From Octopus bimaculoides (Eukaryota), in assembly GCF_001194135.2 (NCBI RefSeq), contig NC_068994.1:15251275-15315274 (forward strand): a stretch of DNA of 64,000 nucleotides. The letters are read 5' to 3'. Under the pieces are notes generated by a model. The model saw only the letters and a program-made list of their open reading frames with translations. It was not told the origin of the DNA and did not search any database. A program made the translations under genes and the position numbers. Below, in pieces: positions 37,730-51,300 of this stretch (the first letter of the stretch is position 1; every line of letters begins with the position of its first letter).

Positions 37730-39766
37730 GTAAGCAAAACTTCTCCCATAAAAGTTTCTGTGACCCTTAATAATTCTTGATTGCTATTCGGTTTGCTGAT
37801 TGATTTAGTCTTGGTCTTGTTAAATTCTTAGATTTCCATTAAACATGTTACTTATATAACTTTTAACTTGTTTATGATTGCACATATTCCTTATCAGACA
37901 CACTAAATTGTCAGTTATATTTCAATGTGCCTACTACTCATTTGTTATTTTCATCATAAAATTTGACTCAGTAATACACTTCAACTGTTTCGAAAGGTAG
38001 CTAAAACATATGGTTGTGTGCTCAATATCAAATAAATAATTTCATTTCTTTAGAATTATTAGGAGGGATCTTTTGTCTGTAAAATAAATTTCTTCAGCAA
38101 GTCATATTCAGTTCTTTCTCATCATGAGAAAATGGAAAAAATAATTAATGTAAATGTAAAAAAAAAAAAAAAAATAATAATAGTGACAGTATTTTTTAAA
38201 AACTAATAAAATTTGTTTAGCTTCTGGCAATTTCCTTAATTTTTATTTTTTACATATTAAAAAGAAAAAACAAAAACAAAAGGAAGAAAGAAATTCATTT
38301 TCTCAATTTTGTGTTTCTATTTAAACAGAAACACAAACTGCATAACCCTGTCAATCTATACTCTAGTACTAACTCATTTAAGTAATTTCATTCAAAATTG
38401 TTTTATTGTTTAATTCTTCTGACTACACCAGACTTAGGTTGACCCATATTTTAATCACTTCTGAAATTGATTTCCCAACAATTCAGATCGGTGAAGGCTT
38501 TAATTAAAGCTTGTAGTTTAGAAGATTTTGAGGTCATTTCCTGTCCCTTTTGCGTAAAACATCTTTGTCACTTTAAGTATATTATGATAGTCTATTAACA
38601 GCACTTAATACCATACTGTTTGTCAGCTGGAATTATGTTGGTAGGCCACTTGTAACTTGCATGTTATGTTAATTTGACAAGACTTAATGTGATGGTTGAT
38701 GTTAAAACTAGAATGTTTTCATTACTTTTATTTTAATTTCTATTTTTCCACTTTGTCAAAGGTTTACAGCATAGATTATCTAATATATTCTCTACCTGAG
38801 TCAAGGTTTTACATATCAAACATTGTTTCCCATTCCTTGTTTGATTCTTTGACATTTTCACTCTTATAGTTGTTCTGAATGCATCTTTAATATTAGCAAG
38901 ATATTATTAACTTAACTGTTCTGTTGCCAAGACAGTTTGCAGTTTGTAAAAATATAAGTTATGGAAATAGGTTGAGTATACTCAATATTTTTTTTTTTAA
39001 TACCTTAAAAGAAGCAACATCCTTTTGAAACATTTTTTTTAAAGTGGAACTTGCAATGAAATAAAACAATCAGAAATATTTTGGGAGCTTATACTATAGA
39101 ATTTTCTTGCATATTTTTTTTTTAATGGGATAGGGAGATATCCATTATTTTTTCTCTTGAGTTAAAATTTACTCGTCATTTAATTTCCTGCTAGTACTTT
39201 CTTTACTTAACCTTGACATCAATGTAGGCAATTGTTCTTCAGCACTTCTCTGTTAAATATTTAAATACTATTAAGTTTAAAAGTCTTCATACAAACTGTA
39301 GACTATTTTGGTTTTTTCTTTTGTTTTGGTATATTCTTTTGCATTGGTACTCATTTAATGTTGTTACTTGTATTCCAAACTGATACCTAATTAAATATGA
39401 CAAGATATAAATAGTATGGATGTCATTATCTCTAGTGATTCTACCATTTTTTACTTTTATTTTATTCAAAAGTGGTGCTGTTTGCACCCCAGTATGACTA
39501 CAAATGAGTCAAGATAGTTTAACTAATTATTGAATAATTTCTGTGAACATTTAGTTGTTTAAATTATAGTTATGGAACATACACTTGCGTAATCTATTTT
39601 TGATTATATAATTTTGTATTCGGTTTTCTTTGAATTGAAGGGAAATAATTGTAATTATTCTTATCTTGATTATTTCAAATAAATGATTTGTGCTTTCCAC
39701 TGAAACTGCTTCTCTGTTTAACACTAACCTAACAAACACTACATTGGCTTTTATTTGCCTCTGCAG

Positions 39767-39844
39767 CAACATGCGGCCAATACGTACGGGACACTACCTC
39801 GCACTGGACATGGAAACAAGAGCGGAAGAAAATCTGTGCGCTGA
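39767..39844 (+). CDS. Terminal coding exon: QHAANTYGTLPRTGHGNKSGRKSVR*
   Basis: Double branch-point-like ctaacctaac at 39724, ttttatttgcctctgcag acceptor, CpG-rich open frame, TGA stop. Confidence 0.82.
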   Translation, partial: QHAANTYGTLPRTGHGNKSGRKSVR

Positions 39845-41102
39845 TTGATAGACCTCTGGCTGTACTGAAACTGTATCACCTCGTTGCTTTTGACAGCCTT
39901 CTCTTTCTGTGCCCATTCACTCAGCTATCCATCCATCTTTGTCCAACTACTTTAATTAACATGTCCAAACACCACATCTGATGCTGATGACAAACAACTA
40001 CTTCTATTACACTATTACTGCTGCTACCGCTTTTATTTATTCTTCTAAATTACAGAACATAATCGATTACTACATTTGTTGTTATTTATTATTATGATTA
40101 TTATCATTTTTATAACTGATTTGCCTGACAAGCTGTAAAACTTATCCCCAGTTATAATCATTTTTAAGTTGTAAAGTTTCAGTTCACCTACGCTCCATCT
40201 TTTAACACTTATTTTACAGTGTAGATAAATATTGAAAGACTAATTACTCTTAGCCACATTTTTCCACCATTAACAACAACACTTGTAGTAACATTCTTTA
40301 TTTAACATAGAACTTGCTTCTTTGATTTCTCTTATCTGAGTTGAGTGTATATATGTCAATATTTATGAATGCACAGTATGTGTGTGTAACAGTGAAAGCT
40401 AGCAAATATGTCAATCACACATGAGTATGTGTGTGCGTATGTTTCTGTCTAAATGTTTGTGGGCAAATATGTGTATGTATGTGTACATGCTTATTCCTAA
40501 TTTTTTCTTTTTTTTTCTTTTCTTTTTGCACAACCTTTCGTTTTAACATTTAACTTAACATAATTATTATAAATTTTCATTTACAACTTTTTAAGGAGTT
40601 TTAGTGACAAAATCTTTTTTATTTATTTATCTATTTATTTTTTGAATTCCACCTGTAAATATATTGCTGTATGTATTTATATACACACATACACACAACT
40701 GAATACACAATCAGTTGTTTCTTTCTTTTTTTTCTTTCTTCTTTTTTTTTTTTTTTTGTACATAGTCATGTATTGAAATAACTGTTTGAATAAAATTATA
40801 GAACTTTTATACACATGTAGATTGTGTAACCGATATCCTCAAATTCTTTGACAAATAAAATGCATGAATCATGATTGGAATGGGAAGATGGAAGTCTCAG
40901 TAAGACCTCAGTGTTTGTATATTGTATTTGATAAATCACCTGTGATACATTCCAAACTTTGCCATAATCAAGAGATAAACTGCTGTGGGGAAACTGGTAA
41001 CTCAAGAAAATGAGAGAGAAAAATAGAGAAATCAAATGGCAAATATCTATTAATCTTCTATGGCCAAGAGTAGTAGAATTATTTTTCCTTACTTTTTTCC
41101 TT

Positions 41103-41145
<43 letters not shown>

Positions 41146-41964
41146 CTTCAGTGAAACTTTTTTTTTCCCTATAAACTTTTGGTTATGTCAAACATTCCAC
41201 TTCTCCTATAATTCCTCTTTCACCCACCTAGATTTTTCGCTTATTGCTATTCTTTAATTTTTTTTTTTTTTAATAAAAAATTTTGGCTTATAAATAATAC
41301 ACTAACTTAACACACAGCATATATGTCCTCACCTAACCCTATATTTATATTTACTTTACAGTGCTCATCTTTCATTCATCCCTTTTAATATTTGTTAATT
41401 CAGTTGTGGGGGGGGGTTTTTGTGGGGTTTTTTTTTTTTTTTTTTTTTAAATAATAAATTCAAGTAGCGGGATGATTTCTATCATTGTCACCGTCCATCA
41501 TCCTCAAACTGATTGTTCATGTGATGCTATTATTGTTTCGAAAACAAATGTATTTTTTTATAATCTAATATCAGTTGCAGCGGTTGCACAGGTTGATTGG
41601 TTTTGTTTTAATTGTTACTATTATTATTACCACTATCCCTGTTAATACTTTCGGTATCTTACCTGTCAGATTGTTTTATTTTTATCAATGAGTTGTGATT
41701 AATTACTTTAAAAGTGCATTTAAGTATATTACATTTGTATGTGTGTGTATACATATATATATAAACATACATACATACATACATACATATATATGTATAT
41801 ATGCACACACGCACACACAATTAGTTTACGAAAAAAAAATTTGTTTTTGTTCTTTTAGACAAACTCTGTAATGAATAACTGAAAATACCAACTGCTGTTT
41901 TCTTCTCCTTTCTGCCTGCTTTATCCAAACGTTATGTTTTACTATTTTTTCTTTAACGAATAAA
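39845..41964 (+). other. Probable 3' UTR of the + strand gene (end uncertain)
   Basis: U-rich, repeat-poor sequence after the stop, with AATAAA at 40854, 41272 and 41959. Confidence 0.45.
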
Positions 41965-44781
41965 AGTCATAAGGATATTCATGTACATTTGAGCTCGTTG
42001 TTAATGGCATAATTTGAGAAGGCTTCATATATATTTATAACAGTGTGTTTTTTATCTTTAAACTTTTTTTTTGTACTTAGAAAAAAAAATTTGCTTTCAT
42101 TTTCTGTTTTATTTTTACCATGTCTTTCGTAATAAAATTTTATTTTAACATAATTTCTGCATTTATACATACTCTATTCTGCAATCTCATTTCTGATAAT
42201 CTGTTTTTTCAAAAATAATAATTGAGGAATCATTGTAAATAAAGGAATTAAATCATTGTGTGCCATTAATAGTGGACTCTATAACTGTAGTAGCATCATA
42301 ACCATTAATAAGTTTTTATATATATATATATATATATATATTGCCACCCATAGTTTCTAGGTTAAACTTGAAACTAATATCTCAGATAAGTTTCAGTTAG
42401 AAAACCCAACTAATTCTTTCCTTGTTTTCCATACACTCAAGAATTGTTTTCCTTTTCTTCATTTAATTGGGGGTATTTTTTAAAATTCTGCCTTAACTCA
42501 AATTCAATCTATTCTTTAAATATCATGTTAGCTTGCATATAAATCGCCCTCAATCTGTAAGATAATGTAGTTCCAAAACCAAAGGATTTTCATGGCTAGC
42601 ATGCACTTAAATCATAGGCCTACTTAATTAGGGTTGGTCCGAGGTAAAACAGCAAATGGGGTGCTGAATATAAATAAGGTCTTGGAATTTTAAAATTAAG
42701 AATCTTTTTGATCTTGTCAAAATAACTGAACACAAGTTATTCCAGATAGGAAACAAAATTATCAAAAGTGAAATCTTTAGAAGCAAACAAATATATATTA
42801 AGGAATCACACACTCTTGTATTACAATATCCACAGACTTTATTAAAGTCCTGTCTGGGTAGCCAGTTTCTTGCAAAATATGTCAACTTGGTTAGAATAGT
42901 TTACTAACACTGTAAATAAGCAAAAATAACTGGCTGAGAGATCAAATTCAATTTTATACTTGAATTCTCTTTCGTGCAAGTGGCTTTTGTGATTTCACAA
43001 CATCTTTACATTGCACACACCAACTCTTTTTAATGGTAATATTTGCTTGGACCTTGCTACATACAGTTCATTTTATCTTCACTTTCTAACCCATTTAAAC
43101 ACTACATACAACCGGTTGATTTTTTTTTTTTTTTAAATAATACATCTTGTTTCTGCATGTTCCTTTTCTTTGTTATTGTTTTTTTTGTGTTTGTGTGTAT
43201 TTGAATCAGGAACTAGTTTACATTTATACGAATATGTGCAAAGATCTCTCCACAGAGTTACTATGTTTTCACTTTTTAACCTCTTAATATACCTGCTGNN
43301 NNNNNNNNNNNNNNNNNNNNNNNNNNNNNNNNNNNNNNNNNNNNNNNNNNNNNNNNNNNNNNNNNNNNNNNNNNNNNNNNNNNNNNNNNNNNNNNNNNNN
43401 NNNNNNNNNNNNNNNNNNNNNNNNNNNNNNNNNNNNNNNNNNNNNNNNNNNNNNNNNNNNNNNNNNNNNNNNNNNNNNNNNNNNNNNNNNNNNNNNNNNN
43501 NNNNNNNNNNNNNNNNNNNNNNNNNNNNNNNNNNNNNNNNNNNNNNNNNNNNNNNNNNNNNNNNNNNNNNNNNNNNNNNNNNNNNNNNNNNNNNNNNNNN
43601 NNNNNNNNNNNNNNNNNNNNNNNNNNNNNNNNNNNNNNNNNNNNNNNNNNNNNNNNNNNNNNNNNNNNNNNNNNNNNNNNNNNNNNNNNNNNNNNNNNNN
43701 NNNNNNNNNNNNNNNNNNNNNNNNNNNNNNNNNNNNNNNNNNAGATGTTGTGATTGTAGTTGTCACAATAATGCCATGCACAACTAAGGCTGATCGTGTA
43801 AGATCAGCAGATCTCTCTCATATGCTGAATGTATTTGATACTTATGCAATGTAAAAAGGAAAAAAAAAATGGCTAACAAAAACGAGTTTGCTTTTTGAGT
43901 TTTTTTTTTTTTAATAAAATTATTTTATTTTTCTCTAATGTAAAATATGCAGAATGACTGATTGATACAACTACAGATTATTTTGTATTCTTCAGGGCTG
44001 TGATAGTTTCTTTTTCAATTGTTTTTGTTTTGTAAATCTTAATGATGAGGAAAGAAAATGTCTTTTTTTTTTTTTTTGCTACTGTAGATTCTTGTTGACT
44101 CTAATTCCATAATAGAATAAACCACTCGTTAGGAGACATTCTAGATCTGTTAATTAGTTAGCGTCAGCAAAGGCAGATATGGATAGAAGAAGTTTCAAGC
44201 ATTTCATAAGACTTGTTGCTGTTCTTTAACACCCCTTTTAGATCTCAAACTTTGATTGCATTCATGTTTCTGAAGCTGTGCTCATTCTAATTTTCCCTCT
44301 AGCTTTGCCCTATCTGGAGATATTTCATTCATAGCTTTGAGGATATTTACAAATTTTACTAGTAATATTTTTTGTTATTAAAATATATGAGAAGCAATAT
44401 TAACAAATAAGTGTATTTATTCTGAAATTGCTTTCTTGAAGTGTTGTTTCTGCAGTGTGCCTGAGCCATTGCTTTTTTGTAAGGAAGGGTTATGAAAACA
44501 TTTTGTGATTTTGTTTTTAGCCTTCATTTTGTTGCATGTGCATAATTTCAAGAAAGTATTAATTTGGTTTTACTCATCGATCTTAATACCACTACAGATT
44601 GCATCCTGCTGCCATTTACTTGCATTAATATCCTGAACGTTTCATTAAAAGTATTTTACTTTTTGTTTTTTTTTTTGTTGTTTGTTCTGTTCTAACTTTT
44701 GGGTCTCAGCTAATGTCATCATGCCAGACTTAATATGTTTTTTTCTTTGGCAGACATAATGTTCAGAGAGGGTTCTGAAGT

Positions 44782-45022
44782 TTTACCTTTTTGATGCCAA
44801 CCTGGTTCCATGATACAAAGCTGTCAGTTTTGAAGTATTTAAAATTAAAACTGTCTGTCATAATTTTATTTAAGAACCATTTTATTAAAGTGTGTTCCAA
44901 AGAGCATTTTATTAATGGAGATTTTAGTTACTTTACTTAATCTCTCCAAATCCTTGATTTTTAAAATTAATCGAACACACAGGCAGTGGATTCCATTGGA
45001 AATCTGGTCTCAAAAGGGTTAA
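44782..45022. mobile_element. TTAA-type MITE copy
   Basis: cctttttgatgccaacc...caaaagggTTAA, same family as 22778-23738. Confidence 0.65.
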
Positions 45023-47477
45023 TCTCCTCTGCTTCTTGCCAAGTCTTGCTATAATTTCCCCCTTTCAATTGACTCTGTGAAACTTAATGTTTTCTAAGTT
45101 CTGGTCTGTAGTTTCTGCTTCTCATTTTGTAAATATCAGAATGTTTTGATAGCATAAATATATCTAGGTTTACGTTTCCTGAAGCAGGAAATCAAAAATA
45201 GATCCATTTAAGCAATATTTATTGTATTTAAAAAAATAATGAAACAAATAGAATTTGAATTTTGCGATTTACAATAAATTCTTTCAATGATTTGAATGCA
45301 TATAAAATAATAATAATAATAATAGTCTAATGAATATGTGAAAACTTGGCTTAAATGAATAATTATTTTTCCTTGAGAAAATTTCTCTCTCATTTTTTTT
45401 GATGAGGTTTCCTCATATTTTTTTCAAATGTTACATTGCCATGCAATGTAAAAGTGATATTAAAGGATTGTTTGGGAATGCTTTCTCTTTGTTTTGTTTA
45501 ATCTATGTAAGCATTTTAATTTCATCTTAAGTTATTTCTTAGGAGAGTTGTTTTAAGTTTTATACTTGTCTATCTTGAAAGTGGATTATGATAAAATTGG
45601 GAGGAATTTTGTATTACCTTTGACAGGGTTCTGACTTGCAAGTATATATACTTTTTTTCATAAATACACACACACACACACATGCACACACATATATATA
45701 TATAGGAGTGGCTGCTGATAGAATTTATTCTTGTAGGGTGCATTCAACAGGTTATATAATCTGTGTATCGTTTCTTATATTATCTAAGATAAGATCTGAA
45801 TCTGCTTTGAGTTATTTTTTCATATTAATGCCAAGGCTTTCTGTCAGCAGTCTGCTATTTTCTGCTGTTGACCAAATACTCAATGCTAAGACAAATATTA
45901 TAATTAGTTTGTTTATTAATCAGGAATTTTAAATGAGGTGATTTGTTTTCAAACTCATAACAAAGAAGGTAAGACAAATCTTAGAGGGTTTGTCTGGGCT
46001 CTGGTGCTATTTCAAGTGTTAATTCTCTGTACAAAGAACTATGCCATTGTTCTTGAAGGCTTAGCAGTTGCTTACTTTCTTGTAATGAAAGTCTATCATA
46101 GCAGTTAATTAGCTTGCAAACTTACTATCTTATAACAACAAACAGTTCACACGACACTCAAACAGCACATTTCTTTGTTCTGATCAAAACTCTTTTGTTT
46201 TAAGCGTTGCTAGCATTGATTTAAATTTTTCAGAAATACTCATTTATAGTAAGTGTAGTTAGTTCAGTTTACCATGGGATTTACTGAACAAATTATTTTT
46301 CTTTTATATAATGTTGAATTTCATTAATTTCAACTATATTTCATTGGATGAAATTGGGGGGGTTTTTTTTTTTTTTTTTTTTTTCCTACTGTGAGGAGGA
46401 GTGAGAAGCCTATTATTTGAATAATATATAAACATATTTGATTCATGATAGAATCGTGATATTCTCACTTTTTAACANNNNNNNNNNNNNNNNNNNNNNN
46501 NNNNNNNNNNNNNNNNNNNNNNNNNNNNNNNNNNNNNNNNNNNNNNNNNNNNNNNNNNNNNNNNNNNNNNNNNNNNNNNNNNNNNNNNNNNNNNNNNNNN
46601 NNNNNNNNNNNNNNNNNNNNNNNNNNNNNNNNNNNNNNNNNNNNNNNNNNNNNNNNNNNNNNNNNNNNNNNNNNNNNNNNNNNNNNNNNNNNNNNNNNNN
46701 NNNNNNNNNNNNNNNNNNNNNNNNNNNNNNNNNNNNNNNNNNNNNNNNNNNNNNNNNNNNNNNNNNNNNNNNNNNNNNNNNNNNNNNNNNNNNNNNNNNN
46801 NNNNNNNNNNNNNNNNNNNNNNNNNNNNNNNNNNNNNNNNNNNNNNNNNNNNNNNNNNNNNNNNNNNNNNNNNNNNNNNNNNNNNNNNNNNNNNNNNNNN
46901 NNNNNNNNNNNNNNNNNNNNNNNNNNNNNNNNNNNNNNNNNNNNNNNNNNNNNNNNNNNNNNNNNNNNNNNNNNNNNNNNNNNNNNNNNNNNNNNNNNNN
47001 NNNNNNNNNNNNNNNNNNNNNNNNNNNNNNNNNNNNNNNNNNNNNNNNNNNNNNNNNNNNNNNNNNNNNNNNNNNNNNNNNNNNNNNNNNNNNNNNNNNN
47101 NNNNNNNNNNNNNNNNNNNNNNNNNNNNNNNNNNNNNTTTTTTTTTTTTTTTTTTTTTTTTTTTTTTCTCTTTTTAAGCTTTTGTTGTATAAATATTATC
47201 AAGACATTACTGAAAAACATGAAGATATTGAAAATTTCCCCACCACTGTTAATAGCATTCAATAACCTTTTCATTTATTTTGAAATAAATTGCTAAGAAG
47301 CTGTAATTACCTTATAAACAAAAGGTGCAGACGTAGCTATGTGGTTGGGAAATTTGGTTTCTGGTTTCAATGCCATTGCACCACGTGTCAAGTAAGTGCT
47401 TTCTATTATAGCCTATAGTTGCAAATAATGTTTAGTAAGCAGAAATTGTCTACCACACTCACACACATATTTATATT

Positions 47478-47844
47478 TATCTTGTTTCATTCATTACACT
47501 ATGGCCATGCTGGGACACCACCTTGAATCTTTAGTCGAATGAATTGACCCCAGTATTTATTTTTTAAGCCTGTAACTTATTCTATCAATCTCTGAACCAC
47601 TAAGTCACAGGGACGTAAACACACCCACACCAGTTGTCAAACGGTGATGGGGGGGTCAAACACACACACACACACACATATATACGACAGGCTTCTTTCA
47701 GTTTCCGTCTACCAAATCCACTCACAAAGCTTTGGTCAGCCTGAGGCTATAGTAGAAGACACTTGCCCAAGGTGCCATGCAGTGGGACTGAACTTGGAAC
47801 CATGTGGCTGGGAAGCAAGCTTCTTACCACACAGCCACTCCTGC
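47478..47844 (-). mobile_element. SINE family A
   Basis: Same head, body and tail as the other A copies. Confidence 0.88.
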
Positions 47845-47864
47845 ATATACATATATATATAAAA

Positions 47865-48030
47865 TCATCATGTAGCATCCATTTTCCATACTGGCATGGG
47901 TTCGATGGTTTGGCTGGAACTGATGAGCCAGAGAGCTGCACCAGGCTTTAGTCTGCTTTTGCATCGTTTCTATGGCTGAATGCCCTTCCTAATGCCAACC
48001 ACTCCACTGAATGTACTGAGTGCCTTTTAT
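47865..48030 (-). mobile_element. Diverged RTE-type 3' tail
   Basis: catcatgtagcatccattttccatactggcatggg...gaatgcccttcctaatgccaaccactc. Confidence 0.65.
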
Positions 48031-48510
48031 GTATACACACACACACTTATTGATGTGCTAAATGCAAGACAGCTGTAGAAATGTGGGCTCAACTTTAATC
48101 TAAATCAAATTCCCATTCTTATATAATGCAGTCTGTAAAGTATCATCAATTCAGGCTTAAGCTATAACATAATAACAAGGGATACATCTAGTTGAAACAG
48201 GTTATTGATATGTCAGATGTTTTGCTATTTGCGTATTTATGATCAGTCAAATCAATTGCAGATCATTTCATCAGATGGAAGACTGTGAAATATAAAACCA
48301 AACAGGTGTGTATATGTGTGGAGAGAGAAAGAAAGAGATGTTTCTCTGTCGTTCTGTAATGCAGATCCAATTGTTTGATTAACTAAATTACTTTTTCATA
48401 GAGTTAACATGTAAATGGCTGAGCATGACACTATGTATGGCATTTGAATTACAAGTACAATCCACCAAATGAGCTGGTTGCTCTATATCTGTCATATCTG
48501 TGTGTGTGTG

Positions 48511-48920
48511 TCATCATCATCATTTAACGTCCACTTTCCATGCTAGCATGGGTTGGACGGTTTGACTGGGGACTGGTGAACCAGATTGCTACACCTGGCT
48601 CCAATCTGATTTGGCAGAGTTTCTACAGCTGGATGCCCTTCCTAATGCCAACCACTCAGAGAGTGTAGTGGGTGCTTTTTCGTGCCACCAGCACAAAGGC
48701 CAGTCAGGCGGTACTGGCAACGGCCACGCTCGAAATGGTGTATTTTACGTGCCACCTGCACAGGAGCCAGTCCAATGGCACTGGCACGATCTTGCTCGAA
48801 TGTGTTTTCACGTGCCAGGAAGGCGACATTAGTAACGATCACCCTCAAATGGTGCTATCGACGTGCCACCGGCATGGAAGCCAGACAGCTGGTGCTCTGG
48901 CAACGATCACGCTCAGACGG
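48511..48920 (-). mobile_element. RTE LINE 3' UTR/tail copy
   Basis: tcatcatcatcatttaacgtccactttccatgctagcatggg...ggatgcccttcctaatgccaacc, plus repeated cgtgccacc modules. Confidence 0.88.
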
Positions 48921-49138
48921 TGTGGTTATTATCTTCTATCTTTTACTTGTTTCAGTCGTTGGACTGCAGCCATACTGGGGCACTGCCCTGAAGAATTTTT
49001 AGTCAAATAAATTGACCCCAGTACTTATTGTTTTAAACTTGTTACTTATTCTGTTGGTCTCTTTTGTTAAACTGCTAAGTTACTTGAATGTAAACACCAA
49101 CACTGGTTACCAAGGGGTGGGATAAACACACACACACA

Positions 49139-49905
49139 CATCATCATCATCATCATCATCGTTTAACGTCCGCTTTCCATGCTAGCATGGGTTGGACGAT
49201 TTGACTGAGGACTGGTGAAACCGGATGGCAACACCAGGCTCCAGTCTGATTTGGCAGAGTTTCTACAGCTGGATGCCCTTCCTAACGCCAACCACTCAGA
49301 GAGTGTAGTGGGTGCTTTTACGTGTCACCCGCACGAAAACGGCCACNNNNNNNNNNNNNNNNNNNNNNNNNNNNNNNNNNNNNNNNNNNNNNNNNNNNNN
49401 NNNNNNNNNNNNNNNNNNNNNNNNNNNNNNNNNNNNNNNNNNNNNNNNNNNNNNNNNNNNNNNNNNNNNNNNNNNNNNNNNNNNNNNNNNNNNNNNNNNN
49501 NNNNNNNNNNNNNNNNNNNNNNNNNNNNNNNNNNNNNNNNNNNNNNNNNNNNNNNNNNNNNNNNNNNNNNNNNNNNNNNNNNNNNNNNNNNAAGGTCTTG
49601 CCTCACCACCTCAGCCCAGGTCTTCCTGGGCCTACCTCTTCCACGGGTTCCCTCAACTGTTAGGGTGTGGCACTTTTTCACGCAGCTATCCTCCTCCATT
49701 CTCACCACATGTCCATACCAGCGCAATCGTCTCTCTTGCACGCCACAACTGATGCTTCTAATGTTCAGCTTTTCTCTCAAGATACTTACACTCTGACGGG
49801 TATTCACATTGACATTACACATCCAACGGAGCATACTGGCTTCATTCCTTGCGAGCTTACGTATGTCCTCAGCAGTTACAGCCCATGTTTCACTGCCATG
49901 TACAC
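49139..49905 (-). mobile_element. Young 5'-truncated RTE-clade LINE: ORF C-terminus, gap, 3' UTR and (GAT)n tail
   Basis: VHGSETWAVTAEDIRKLARNEASMLRWMCNV...RLRWYGHVVRMEEDSCVKKCHTLTVEGTRGRGRPRKTW is uninterrupted. The 3' UTR lies on the other side of the N run in the same orientation. Confidence 0.9.
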
Positions 49906-50448
49906 ACACACATATATATGTTAAGATAAGCTTATTGACGTAGAAGATTGTAAATTTTTCCCATATTAGAGTGCAATAAGTTGAAAAAAGTTATTTCATA
50001 GTTCACTGTTAGTAACTGTGGTTGCTGTGTATGTAAATAAAAATCCAAATTTAGGGAGTGGATTAGAAAATTACTATTTTTAAATCTCACAATATGAGAT
50101 ATTCAGCAACAGTACTTTGTAGTAAAGATTGTTTGCCAACATAACATGGCAGTCCTGGTTTAGGACTAATGTTGCTGTAATTAGCCCCAGGAGATGTCGT
50201 CTCCAGCTGGCTACACGACATGATCTGTGTCCTTATATTTAGGGAGTGGAATACATAAAATTCTCGTCTAAATATGTTTCCTAGCTAGCAGAACCTTGGA
50301 AGTAGTAATTATCCAAGTGAGGGGTACTTCACTAGCTACTCATCAGGCCAAAGATACCTTAGTCAAATGAAGGTTACATTGTTGTAAAGGGATCCCATGT
50401 TAACTCGCAGAGGATTTGATAAAAAAAAAATTTTTTTAAATTTTAGCG

Positions 50449-50603
50449 GTTTTCCTTCAGTTTCTGTCTACCAAGTCCAGAAGGATTTGGTTGGCCCAAG
50501 TTTATAGTAGAAGACACTTTCCCAAGGTGCTATGCAGTGGGACTGAACCTGGAACTATGTGGTTGGGAAGCAAGCATCTTACCACACAGCTATGCTTGCA
50601 CCT
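50449..50603 (-). mobile_element. SINE family A, head-only variant
   Basis: Abuts the tail of the next copy and shares variant bases with 53029-53180. Confidence 0.8.
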
Positions 50604-50606
50604 ATG

Positions 50607-50856
50607 CTCTTTTACTTGTTTCAGTCATTTGACTGCGGCCATGCTGGAGCACCACCTTTAGTCGAGCAAATCGACCACAGAGCTTATTCTTTGTAAGCCT
50701 AGTACTTATTCTATCGGTCTGTTTTGCTGAACCGCTAAGTTACAGGACGTAAACACCAGTATCAGTTGTCAAGCGATGTTTGGGGGGGACAAACACAGAC
50801 ACACAAGCATATACACACACACATATACACACACACATATACACACACACATATAC

Positions 50857-50893
<37 letters not shown>

Positions 50894-51071
50894 TATATTT
50901 ATATATATATACGACGGGCTTCTTTCAGTTTCCGTCTACCAAATCCACTCACAAGGCTTTGGTCAGCCTGAGGCTATAGTAGAAGACACTTGCCCAAGGT
51001 GCCATGCAGTGGAACTGAACCCAGGACCATGTGGTTGGTAAGCAAGCTACTTACCACACAGCTACTCCTGC
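50607..51071 (-). mobile_element. SINE family A, full length
   Basis: ctcttttacttgtttcagtc...(CA/TA)n...accacacagctactcctgc. Confidence 0.92.
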
Positions 51072-51300
51072 TCCTGTTGATCAATTTATAGAAAGCAACA
51101 AAACATTTACTGAAGGTGAGACCCAATACAGTTATTAGGGTAAAATTTATTTTGAATTGACTAAGACTTCAGTTTTTTGCCTTATCAGCCTGTTCAGCCA
51201 GTCCGTCTGAACACACCAATGAAATGAAACCTGAAATTCCAGTCAACTCGGTGAGTGGATGTGTTTGTCAACATAGGACTGCTAATAAATCTGTTTGTCT

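Noticed and set aside
12253-39844. Assigning a gene symbol to the + strand gene
   Set aside because: Only a low-complexity C-terminus is visible and no family-diagnostic domain was recognised.
47915-47935. ctgatgag motif
   Set aside because: It lies in a diverged RTE tail with no downstream GAAA or supporting stems.
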